This document shows, piece after piece, positions 1-7,336 of a stretch of 24,000 bases of DNA (its first letter is position 1; the number at the start of each line of letters is the position of its first letter). This DNA comes from Amaricoccus macauensis (GTDB lineage Bacteria > Pseudomonadota > Alphaproteobacteria > Rhodobacterales > Rhodobacteraceae): positions 610,994 through 634,993 of the forward strand of contig NZ_JACHFM010000001.1 in assembly GCF_014201905.1 (NCBI RefSeq), written 5' to 3'. The notes beneath the pieces were generated by a model. That model was not told where the DNA came from. It saw nothing but the letters and a program-made list of their open reading frames with translations, and did no database searches. Made by a program: the position numbers and the translations under genes.

Positions 1-727
1 CGTCGTCGAAAATGAACCACCGCAAATGGGCCACGCCCCCGCCGAGGTCTTCTCCGTCGATGGCGATCGACCCGACGATTTCGCGCCCGCGCATCGCCAC
101 CCAGATCGCGTTCGACGGCGCCCCCAGACGGCCGCAGAACTCCGACAGGCCGCCGGCAACCCACGCCTCGAACTGAAGGGCACAGCCCGCCGTCCGTGCG
201 TAGGAGTGCGCGTGCATCTGCGTGACGCGGGCGATCAGGCCGGTCTGATAGCCGGACACGATGTCGATCGCACACACATCCCCGGGAGCGCGCTCCGCGG
301 CCATCAGGGCTGCGGCGTAGAGGTTCAGACCCTCGAGGATCGCGTGGTCCTGACCCGGCCCGAGCTCTGCCAAGGCCTGCGCGACCCGGTTGCGGGCAAA
401 GGCATGAATGGCGGCGGTCCGTTCCCGGCCCGCGTCGGTGAGGGAGAGGAATTTGAAGCGCCCGTCGCTGCCGCCCGTCTCCGCCACGTCGCCGGTCTCC
501 ACCAGCTTGCGCAGCATGCGGCTGACGCTGGATTTGTCCAGGCACAGGCGGTCGGTCAGATCGCGCGCCGTGACCTTGCCCGCCTCGATCTCGATCAGCG
601 CGTGGGCGGCCGATAGTGAAAGGTCGGTGCCGGCGAACTTGCCGCCCATGAAGCCAAGCTGCCGGACAAGCTGACGCGAGGCGGCACGGATGGCGTCGAT
701 CGTGGCGAGGGGGACGGGATCGGGCAT
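1..727 (-). CDS. MarR-family winged-helix regulator fused to a GNAT-acetyltransferase-like domain (5' part only; the C-terminus runs off the left edge)
   Basis: Absent from the supplied ORF track because there is no stop inside the window. My reverse-complement translation from the ATG at 727-725 reads MPDPVPLATIDAIRAASRQLVRQLGFMGGKFAGTDLSLSAAHALIEIEAGKVTARDLTDRLCLDKSSVSRMLRKLVETGDVAETGGSDGRFKFLSLTDAGRERTAAIHAFARNRVAQALAEL. This is a typical MarR HTH plus wing. The frame stays open to position 1, ending ...NAIWVAMRGREIVGSIAIDGEDLGGGVAHLRWFIFDD, which resembles the first strands of a GNAT fold. GC3 is high in this frame. The + ORF 26..616 is its Arg-rich mirror image. Confidence 0.75.
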   Translation of the reverse strand, partial: MPDPVPLATIDAIRAASRQLVRQLGFMGGKFAGTDLSLSAAHALIEIEAGKVTARDLTDRLCLDKSSVSRMLRKLVETGDVAETGGSDGRFKFLSLTDAGRERTAAIHAFARNRVAQALAELGPGQDHAILEGLNLYAAALMAAERAPGDVCAIDIVSGYQTGLIARVTQMHAHSYARTAGCALQFEAWVAGGLSEFCGRLGAPSNAIWVAMRGREIVGSIAIDGEDLGGGVAHLRWFIFDD

Positions 728-796
728 GTTCAGGTCATATCAGTTGCAGCGCACAACGAACGAGGCCCGAAGTACCCGGAATCAATGGGTGGAGTG

Positions 797-827
797 GCCC
801 CGCGGGACGTGTCTGGTCCCGAGGGGC
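797..827 (-). terminator. GC-rich hairpin just downstream of the last gene of the paaN-ABC-hydratase/dehydrogenase operon (no U-tract)
   Basis: GCCCC-g-CGGGAC / loop gtgtctg / GTCCCG-a-GGGGC, read directly from the sequence. It starts 16 nt after the stop at 843. No T-run follows on the minus strand, so intrinsic-terminator function is uncertain. Confidence 0.35.
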
Positions 828-842
828 TTTCAGCATCCCGGA

Positions 843-2786
843 TCAGGCCGGCTCGGTCGACCGAGTCGCCGCGGCGAAGTGCATCGGGCCGCCCTTGCGA
901 CGGGGGAAGCCGTAGCCGTGGATTTCCACGAGGTCGATGTCCTCCGGGCGCCCGGCGATGCCTTCGGCGAGGATCAACTCGCCCTCGGCGGCCATCTCGC
1001 CCACGAGATGCGACGCGATGTCCTTCGGCAGTTCGCCTGTGCTGATCGACGGCGCGAGCAGCGCCGACACAGTCTCGGACGGCTTGGGTGCCCGGTCGCC
1101 GGCAGTGTAGTCGTACCAGCCGCCAGAGGTCTTCTGCCCCTTGCGCCCCGCCCGGACCAGCACGTCGCCCAGCGTCTCCGGCACCGTCTCGCCACGGCCT
1201 CTCGCGCCCTCACGCTGAAGGAAGGCGATGTCGAGGCCACCCAGATCCTGCGCCTCGAACGGCCCCATGGCGAAGCCAAAGCGGCGCATCGCGAGGTCGA
1301 TGTCGGCAATCGATGCGCCCCGACGCACCAGATCCTCCGCCGCCGCGCGATACCGCTTCAGGATGCGGTTGCCGATGAAGCCGTCGCAGATCCCGGCCTG
1401 CACCGGGATCTTGCCGAGCTTCGCCGCCAGCGCGAAGCCGGTGGCGAGGGTTTCCGGCGATGTCTCGGGGGTCGGCACGATCTCCAGCAGCTTCATGACG
1501 TTGGCCGGGCTGAAGAAGTGCAGCCCGATGAAGCGCTCCGGCCCCGGCACGCCCTCTGCGATGTCGCGCGGGTCGAGATAGGAAGTATTCGTCGCCAGGA
1601 TCGCGTCCGGTCGGCAGGCGGTGCCCAGCGCCTCGAAGACGGCGCGTTTGACCGAAATTTCCTCGAACACCGCCTCGATCACCAGATCGATGTCGGCGAG
1701 GGCGGCGTAATCGGTTTCGCCGGTCACGCCGGCGATCCGCGCCGCCGCATCGGCCTCGCTCATCCGCCCGCGCTTCACCGCTCCCTCGAAGATGCCGGTG
1801 ACATTGGCGAGGCCACGGGCGAGGGCTTCGGCGTCGCGCTCGACGAGGACCACCGGGATCTTCGCGTCACGCAGCGCCGCCACGATCCCCGCGCCCATGG
1901 TGCCACCACCGATGACCGCCACGGAGCGGAGCGGCTTTGGCTCGACGCCCTTGAGCGCGGCCGGCCGCGGCGCGGCGCGCTCGGAGAAGAACACCTGACG
2001 CAGCGCCGCCGCTTCCGGCGAGGCGCGCAGCTCGAGGAACGTCTCGCGCTCGAACGCCATCGCGGCGTCGAAGTCGGCTTCCGTCGCGTTGCGGATGCTC
2101 GCAAGCGCCCGGAGCGGCGCCGCCGCGCCGCGCGCCGCCTTGCGAACCCGCGCCTCGGCCGGCTCCCAGAAGTCCGCGTCCACCGGAGACGGCGAACGCT
2201 CGCTGATCGGCGCGGGAAGCGCCCGCGCCTCCGCTGCGAAAGCGACGGCGCCGGCCCGAAGGTCGCCATCGATCACCGCGTCGATCAGCCCGAGTTCCAG
2301 CGCCTTCGGCGCCTTCACGGGCTTGCCCGAGGTCACGAGATCGATCGCTGCCGCAACGGGCACCAGTCGCGGCAGGCGGACCGTGCCGCCGGCCCCCGGA
2401 ACGATCCCGAGCGTGACCTCCGGCAGGCCGACGGAGGCCGAGGCCACCGCCACGCGGAAGCGGCAGCCGAGCGCCACTTCGAAGCCGCCACCGAGCGCCG
2501 AGCCGTGGATCGCCGCCGTCCACGGCTTCGCTGCCGCTTCGATCCGCGCCACCACGTCCGGCAGATGCGGCGGCTGCGGCGGCTTGCCGAACTCGGAGAC
2601 GTCGGCACCGGCGATGAAGGTCCGGCCGGCGCAGATGAGCACCACGGCGTCCACATCCGCGTCGGCGTCGAGTTCCGCCACTGCGTCCCAGAGGGCCTGC
2701 CGCAGGGCCTGCGACAGGGCATTTACCGGCGGGTTGTCGACGGTAACGACGGCAATCCGGCCGTCGCGTTCCACGGTGAGCGTCAT
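843..2786 (-). CDS. Fused enoyl-CoA hydratase (crotonase) / 3-hydroxyacyl-CoA dehydrogenase, FadB/FadJ-like, 647 aa
   Basis: The N-terminal crotonase fold has both catalytic-Glu contexts (ALGGGFEVAL and LPEVTLGIVPGAGG). The central Rossmann motif VAVIGGGTMGAGIVAAL is followed by a 3-hydroxyacyl-CoA dehydrogenase C-terminal region. The start is 3 nt after the livF-type stop, so it is co-transcribed. Confidence 0.9.
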   Translation of the reverse strand: MTLTVERDGRIAVVTVDNPPVNALSQALRQALWDAVAELDADADVDAVVLICAGRTFIAGADVSEFGKPPQPPHLPDVVARIEAAAKPWTAAIHGSALGGGFEVALGCRFRVAVASASVGLPEVTLGIVPGAGGTVRLPRLVPVAAAIDLVTSGKPVKAPKALELGLIDAVIDGDLRAGAVAFAAEARALPAPISERSPSPVDADFWEPAEARVRKAARGAAAPLRALASIRNATEADFDAAMAFERETFLELRASPEAAALRQVFFSERAAPRPAALKGVEPKPLRSVAVIGGGTMGAGIVAALRDAKIPVVLVERDAEALARGLANVTGIFEGAVKRGRMSEADAAARIAGVTGETDYAALADIDLVIEAVFEEISVKRAVFEALGTACRPDAILATNTSYLDPRDIAEGVPGPERFIGLHFFSPANVMKLLEIVPTPETSPETLATGFALAAKLGKIPVQAGICDGFIGNRILKRYRAAAEDLVRRGASIADIDLAMRRFGFAMGPFEAQDLGGLDIAFLQREGARGRGETVPETLGDVLVRAGRKGQKTSGGWYDYTAGDRAPKPSETVSALLAPSISTGELPKDIASHLVGEMAAEGELILAEGIAGRPEDIDLVEIHGYGFPRRKGGPMHFAAATRSTEPA

Positions 2787-2789
2787 GGT

Positions 2790-3491
2790 TCAGATCCCCA
2801 GGTAGGCTTCTCGAATGCGCGGATCGGCGATGAGTTCCGCCGCCGAGCCCTGCATGGTGACCCGCCCCGTCTCGAGAACGTAGCCGCGATCCGCGATCTT
2901 GAGCGCGCCGTAGGCATTCTGCTCGACGAGGAGCACGGTCACGTCGAGGTCGCGCATGCTCTTCACCACCTCGAAGATCTGCGCGACGATGATCGGCGCG
3001 AGACCCATCGAGGGCTCGTCGAGCAGGAGGCACGACGGGCGTCCCATCAGCGCCCGGGTGATGGCGAGCATCTGCTGCTGGCCCCCCGAGAGGCCACCGG
3101 CCGCGAGGTTCCGCTTCTCCTTGAGGATCGGGAACATCGCGAACGCGGTCTGCATGTCCTTTTCCACCCGGTCGTCGGCGTAGAGGAACGCACCGAGACG
3201 GAGGTTTTCCTCCACCGTCAGATTGGTGAAGATCTGGCGGCCTTCCGGCGACTGGGCGAGACCGTGGCCCACCCGGCGGTAGGCGGGCACCGCGGTGAAG
3301 CTCTCGCCGCGGAAGGTGATCGAGCCGCCGGTCACCGGCTGGACACCGGAGAGACAGCGCAGGAGCGTCGTCTTGCCGGCGCCGTTGGCGCCCACCACGG
3401 TCACGATCTCGCCGGAGTTCACCGCGAGGTCGATACCGTGCAGCACCTCGATCCGACCATAGCGCGAGCGCAGGCCCTCGACGTTAAGCAT
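2790..3491 (-). CDS. livF: HAAT-family (Liv-type) ABC transporter ATP-binding protein, LivF-like, 233 aa
   Basis: Walker A GANGAGKTTLL, signature LSGGQQQML, Walker B LLLDEPS, and a C-terminal AYLGI typical of LivF. It overlaps the upstream ATPase gene by 8 nt. Confidence 0.9.
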   Translation of the reverse strand: MLNVEGLRSRYGRIEVLHGIDLAVNSGEIVTVVGANGAGKTTLLRCLSGVQPVTGGSITFRGESFTAVPAYRRVGHGLAQSPEGRQIFTNLTVEENLRLGAFLYADDRVEKDMQTAFAMFPILKEKRNLAAGGLSGGQQQMLAITRALMGRPSCLLLDEPSMGLAPIIVAQIFEVVKSMRDLDVTVLLVEQNAYGALKIADRGYVLETGRVTMQGSAAELIADPRIREAYLGI

Positions 3492-4257
3492 TGGCGGCCT
3501 CCGTTCCGAGATAGGCCTCGATGACCTTGGGATTGCGGCTGACTTCCTCGGGCCGACCCTCGGCGATCTTCTCGCCGTGATCGAGCACCACGATGTGGTT
3601 CGAGATGCGCATGACCATCTTCATGTCGTGCTCCACCAGCAGGATCGCGACGCCGCTTGCCGCAACCTCGGCGATCAGGTGATCGATCTCCTCGGTCTCG
3701 ACGGCATTGCAGCCCGCGGCCGGCTCGTCGAGGAGCAGGACGCGCGGCTTCAGCGCCAGCGCCCGGGCGATTTCGAGCCGCTTCAGCGCACCGTAGGAGA
3801 GCGAGCTTGCCTCCTTCTCGGCCGCGTTGCCGAGCCGCACGCGCTCGAGCAGCGCCCGCGCCTCGGTCTCGGCCTTGCCGGCACGGGACTTCATCGACGG
3901 CAGATGGAAGAGGTCGGCGAGAAGCGGTCCCATCTCCTGCAGATGGAAGCCCGAGATCGCGTTCTCGAGCACCGTCATGGTCTGGAAGATCTGCAGGTTC
4001 TGGAAGGTGCGCGACAGTCCGCGACGGGCGAGGAGGTAGGGATCCATCGACGTCACGTTCTCGCCGTCGAGCTTCACCGATCCGGTCGAGGGCTTGTAGA
4101 CCCCCGAGATCATGTTGAAGAGCGTCGTCTTGCCCGCGCCGTTCGGCCCGATCACCGAGACGATCTCGCCGGGATTCACCCGGAAGCCCACGTCCTGAAC
4201 GGCCTTGAGGCCGCCGAAGGTGATCCCGAGGCCGGAGACTTCTAGAAGCGTCGTCAT
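3484..4257 (-). CDS. livG: HAAT-family ABC transporter ATP-binding protein, LivG-like, 257 aa
   Basis: N-terminal LLEVSGLGITFGGLKAV, Walker A GPNGAGKTTLF, signature LSYGALKRLEIARAL, Walker B LLLDEPAAG, and a C-terminal VIEAYLG. It has a 4-nt ATGA overlap with the permease gene. Confidence 0.9.
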   Translation of the reverse strand: MTTLLEVSGLGITFGGLKAVQDVGFRVNPGEIVSVIGPNGAGKTTLFNMISGVYKPSTGSVKLDGENVTSMDPYLLARRGLSRTFQNLQIFQTMTVLENAISGFHLQEMGPLLADLFHLPSMKSRAGKAETEARALLERVRLGNAAEKEASSLSYGALKRLEIARALALKPRVLLLDEPAAGCNAVETEEIDHLIAEVAASGVAILLVEHDMKMVMRISNHIVVLDHGEKIAEGRPEEVSRNPKVIEAYLGTEAANA

Positions 4258-5204
4258 TTGTCCTTCCCCCGGATCAGGCGCAGGACGCTTGGCAGCAGCC
4301 CGTCACGCATGAAGATCATGCAGAGCATCATCACGAGGCCGAGCAGGATCTGCTCGTACTCCTGGAAGACGGTCAGCACCTGCGGCAGCGTCGTCAGGAT
4401 CGCCGCGCCGAAGAACGCGCCGAGCACCGAGCCCGCACCGCCGAGCACCGCCATGGTCACCCACTCGATCGAGTGCATGAAGCCCGCCACGTCCGGCGTG
4501 ATGAACTTGTTCTGCAGCGCGAGCAGCGACCCCGCGAGCGAGGCATAGACCGCCGAGATCACGAACGCCTGGAGCTTCAGCCGGGCGACGTCGATGCCGA
4601 CGGTGCGCGCGGCGATTTCCGAGCCATGGAGAGCGCGAAGCGCGCGGCCCGAGGGGCTGTCGTAGAGGTTGAGCGCGACCCAGGCCCCGATCACGAAGGC
4701 AATCCCCGAGAACCAGTACCAGAACTGCGAGTTCGAGAGGTCGAGCCCGACCAGTTCGAGCACGTCCTTCAGGCCGAGATCAGGCACCTCGATGCCGTCG
4801 GGTCCCTTGGTGAGCCAGGCCTCGTTGGCGAGAACCATCGAGACGAGGATGCCGAAGCCCAGCGTCGCGATGGCGAGATAGTGCCCCTTCAGCCGCAGGA
4901 TCGGCCGGCCGACGAGCCAGGCGATCGCGCCCGAGAGGATCGCGCCGACAATGGCGGCGATACCGGGATGCAGGCCGAGGTGTGCCGGCAGGAGCGCGCA
5001 GGAATAGCCGCCGATACCGGCGAAACCGGCGTGGCCGAGGCTGATCTGGCCGGCGTAGCCGATCAGGATGACGAGCCCCGTCACGGCGAGGCCGTTGACG
5101 AAGATCAGCGAGCCGATGCGATAGTAGAAGCTCGACGGAAAGAAGAACGGAGAGGCGATCACCAGGATCGCCAGAATGAGGAGCGTGACGCGTTTGGTAA
5201 CCAT
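4254..5204 (-). CDS. livM: HAAT-family ABC transporter permease, LivM-like, 316 aa (start re-called)
   Basis: The hydrophobic multi-TM protein starts at MVTKRVTLLILAILVIASPFFFP. The tracked ORF (4254..5525) adds 107 Arg-rich residues that overlap the livH-type gene in another frame. I place the start at the ATG at 5204-5202, 2 nt after the livH-type stop (5207-5209). Confidence 0.85.
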   Translation of the reverse strand: MVTKRVTLLILAILVIASPFFFPSSFYYRIGSLIFVNGLAVTGLVILIGYAGQISLGHAGFAGIGGYSCALLPAHLGLHPGIAAIVGAILSGAIAWLVGRPILRLKGHYLAIATLGFGILVSMVLANEAWLTKGPDGIEVPDLGLKDVLELVGLDLSNSQFWYWFSGIAFVIGAWVALNLYDSPSGRALRALHGSEIAARTVGIDVARLKLQAFVISAVYASLAGSLLALQNKFITPDVAGFMHSIEWVTMAVLGGAGSVLGAFFGAAILTTLPQVLTVFQEYEQILLGLVMMLCMIFMRDGLLPSVLRLIRGKDK

Positions 5205-5206
5205 TG

Positions 5207-6079
5207 TCACACCCGATCCGTCGAAGATTTGCCGAAGATGCCGCGCGGCATGAAGAAGAGCACGAGCAGGATCACGACGAAGGCGGCGGCATCCTTGTAG
5301 ACCGACGAGATATAGCCCGCGGTCAGCGCCTCGATGAGGCCGAGCAGCAGCCCGCCGACCAGCGCGCCGATCGGATTGCCCATGCCGCCGAGCATCGCCG
5401 CGGCGAAGCCCTTGAGCGCGAGGGCGATGCCCACGTCGTAGCTCGTGTTGGTGATCGGCGTCACGAGGACGCCGGCCAGCGCGCCGATGCCCGCGGACAG
5501 CGCGAAGGACATCGTCATCACCCAATTGGTGTTGATGCCGACCAGCTGTGCCGCGAGACGATTGTTCGAGGTGGCGAGCACCGCCTTGCCGGTCAGCGTC
5601 CGGGTGAAGAACGCCCAGAGGCCGGCAAAGACCACGAGCGCGCCGAAGAGCACCCAGAGTGCCTGCGGCAGGATCGTCGCCCCCATGATCATGATCGGCG
5701 TATCGCCGGTGAACGCCGGAAACCGGTGGAGCTGCTTGTCGAAGACCACCTGCGCGAGGCCGCGCATGAAGATCGAGGCGCCGATCGTGATGATGATGAG
5801 CGACACCACCGGGGCGCCGCGGGCGGGCTCGATCGCGAGCTTGTTGAGCGCGACGCCTGCCACGGCGGTCACCACGATGGCGGTGAGCGCGGCGAGCGGG
5901 ATCGGCAGGCCCGCCATGTTGGCGAATACGGTGATCATCCCGCCGAGCATGACGAACTCGCCCTGAGCGAAGTTCACCACATCGGATGCATTGTAAATGA
6001 TGGTGAAGCCGAGGGCGACGAGCGCGTAGACCGCGCCGACTGTCAGCCCCGACAATACGAATTGCATGAGTTCAGCCAT
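5207..6079 (-). CDS. livH: HAAT-family ABC transporter permease, LivH-like, 290 aa
   Basis: MAELMQFVLSGLTVGAVYALVALGFTIIYNASDVVNFAQGEF is the characteristic LivH N-terminus. The protein is multi-TM and hydrophobic throughout. Confidence 0.9.
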   Translation of the reverse strand: MAELMQFVLSGLTVGAVYALVALGFTIIYNASDVVNFAQGEFVMLGGMITVFANMAGLPIPLAALTAIVVTAVAGVALNKLAIEPARGAPVVSLIIITIGASIFMRGLAQVVFDKQLHRFPAFTGDTPIMIMGATILPQALWVLFGALVVFAGLWAFFTRTLTGKAVLATSNNRLAAQLVGINTNWVMTMSFALSAGIGALAGVLVTPITNTSYDVGIALALKGFAAAMLGGMGNPIGALVGGLLLGLIEALTAGYISSVYKDAAAFVVILLVLFFMPRGIFGKSSTDRV

Positions 6080-6125
6080 GGGGCGTTGAGCTCCAAGCGA
6101 GAGGACGCAGAAAGGATGATGCGGA

Positions 6126-6154
6126 TCGGCCCGGACCTTGGGGATCCGGGCCGA
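6126..6154 (-). promoter_or_regulatory. Intercistronic hairpin between the binding-protein gene and the permease genes
   Basis: A 10-bp perfect stem, TCGGCCCGGA / TCCGGGCCGA, with a 9-nt loop, read from the sequence. It lies 7 nt downstream of the binding-protein stop. Stem-loops in this position often act as partial terminators or mRNA stabilisers that raise binding-protein stoichiometry; that role here is inference. Confidence 0.4.
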
Positions 6155-6160
6155 CAGACG

Positions 6161-7297
6161 TCACTCGACGAGCGTCCAGGTGCCGTCCTTGATCTCGAGC
6201 ATCCGGAAAGCCGTCAGGTCGAGACCGAGATGGTCCTCGGGGGTCATGTTGACGACGCCGCCAGTGCCCACGTAGCCGGTGGTCTTTTCGATCTCGTCAC
6301 GGATCGCCGAGGGATCATCCGATCCGGCCCGCTCGATCGCCTGCATCAGGATCTGGAAAGCGTCGTAGGCGTGCCCGCCGAAGGTCGAGACCGCCTCGTT
6401 GTACTTGGCGGTGTACTCGGCAGTGTAGGCTTCCACGACCGGCTTCTGCGGATCGTCGGCCGGCAGGAGGTCGGCCACGAGCAGCGCCGCGCCGGGCAGG
6501 TGCACGCCCTCGGCAGCCTCCGCGCCGGCAAGGTCGATGAAGCTCTTCGAGGCGACGCCGTGGCTCTGGTAGAGCGGCAGGCCCACGGCGAGCTGCTGGA
6601 AGTTGCGGGTGACGATCGACGGACCCTGGCCGAAGCCCGGGTTCAGCACCGCCTGGATCCCGGCCGTGTTCTTGATGTTGGTGAGCTGCGGCGTCATGTC
6701 CGCGTCGGTCGGGCCGTAGCTCTCGTCCGCGAGGATCTCGATGCCGTAGTTGCCCACGACGCCGAGGCACTGCTTGCGCATCGAGGCGCCGAAGCCGTCG
6801 GTGCCGGAGATCATGCCGATCTTGCTGATCCCGCGGGCCTTCATGTCCTCGAAGATCTTCTCGCAGGCCATCCGGTCGGTGTGCGGCGTCTTGAAGGTCC
6901 ACTCCTTGACCGGCTCGATGATCTCGACGGCGCCCGCGAGCGAGATGAACGGAACCTCGGAGTCCTCGGCGACCGGAATGATCGACATCGTGGTGCCGGT
7001 GGTGGTGCCGCCGATGATCGCCTTCACCTCGTCGTCCTCGACGAGCCGGGTCGCGAAGGTGCGCGCCTTGTTCGGGTCGCCGCCGTCATCGTAGAGCACC
7101 AGCTCGATCTGCTCGCCGTTGATGCCGCCAGCGGCGTTCAGCTTCTCGACCAGCATCTTCAGCGTCTTTGCCTCTGGGTCTCCGAGGAAGGCGGCCGGGC
7201 CGGTTTCCGACATCGTGGCGCCGATCTTGATGTCCGCCGACGCGGCGGAGGCGAGGCCGAGCGCAGCGAGCGTCGCAAGGGCGGTCAGGGACTTCAT
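6161..7297 (-). CDS. Periplasmic substrate-binding protein, Leu/Ile/Val-binding-protein family (type I PBP), 378 aa
   Basis: Sec-type signal peptide MKSLTALATLAALGLASAASA followed by DIKIGATMSETGPAAFLGDPE, a LivK/Peripla_BP_6-like N-terminus. There is a strong SD (GGAGGAAACCTCG-ATG). The ligand cannot be assigned from sequence; context suggests an aromatic acid (see findings). Confidence 0.85.
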   Translation of the reverse strand: MKSLTALATLAALGLASAASADIKIGATMSETGPAAFLGDPEAKTLKMLVEKLNAAGGINGEQIELVLYDDGGDPNKARTFATRLVEDDEVKAIIGGTTTGTTMSIIPVAEDSEVPFISLAGAVEIIEPVKEWTFKTPHTDRMACEKIFEDMKARGISKIGMISGTDGFGASMRKQCLGVVGNYGIEILADESYGPTDADMTPQLTNIKNTAGIQAVLNPGFGQGPSIVTRNFQQLAVGLPLYQSHGVASKSFIDLAGAEAAEGVHLPGAALLVADLLPADDPQKPVVEAYTAEYTAKYNEAVSTFGGHAYDAFQILMQAIERAGSDDPSAIRDEIEKTTGYVGTGGVVNMTPEDHLGLDLTAFRMLEIKDGTWTLVE

Positions 7298-7336
7298 GCG
7301 AGGTTTCCTCCAGGTGGATTTTGCTTTGTTTATGGT

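Noticed and set aside
26-616. 196-aa plus-strand ORF at the left edge
   Set aside because: The opposite strand reads as a clean MarR HTH protein from the ATG at 727 with high GC3. The plus ORF has no recognisable features.
690-3524. 944-aa plus-strand ORF spanning the hydratase/dehydrogenase and livF-type genes
   Set aside because: It is antisense to two genes with clear family signatures (crotonase/Rossmann motifs, Walker A/B). The translation is extremely Arg/His/Asp/Gly-rich with no recognisable motif, which is the typical stop-codon-poor shadow frame of GC-rich DNA.
5205-5525. N-terminal extension of the tracked livM-type ORF. The same issue affects the extensions 19748..20245 (ferritin-like ORF), 22524..22676 (paaB), 18964..19002 (paaZ), 9081..9107 (paaG) and 14181..14216 (thioesterase)
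   Set aside because: The extensions overlap the upstream gene in another frame or lack an SD, and they are Arg/Pro-rich. Internal ATGs with good SDs coincide with the conserved family N-termini.
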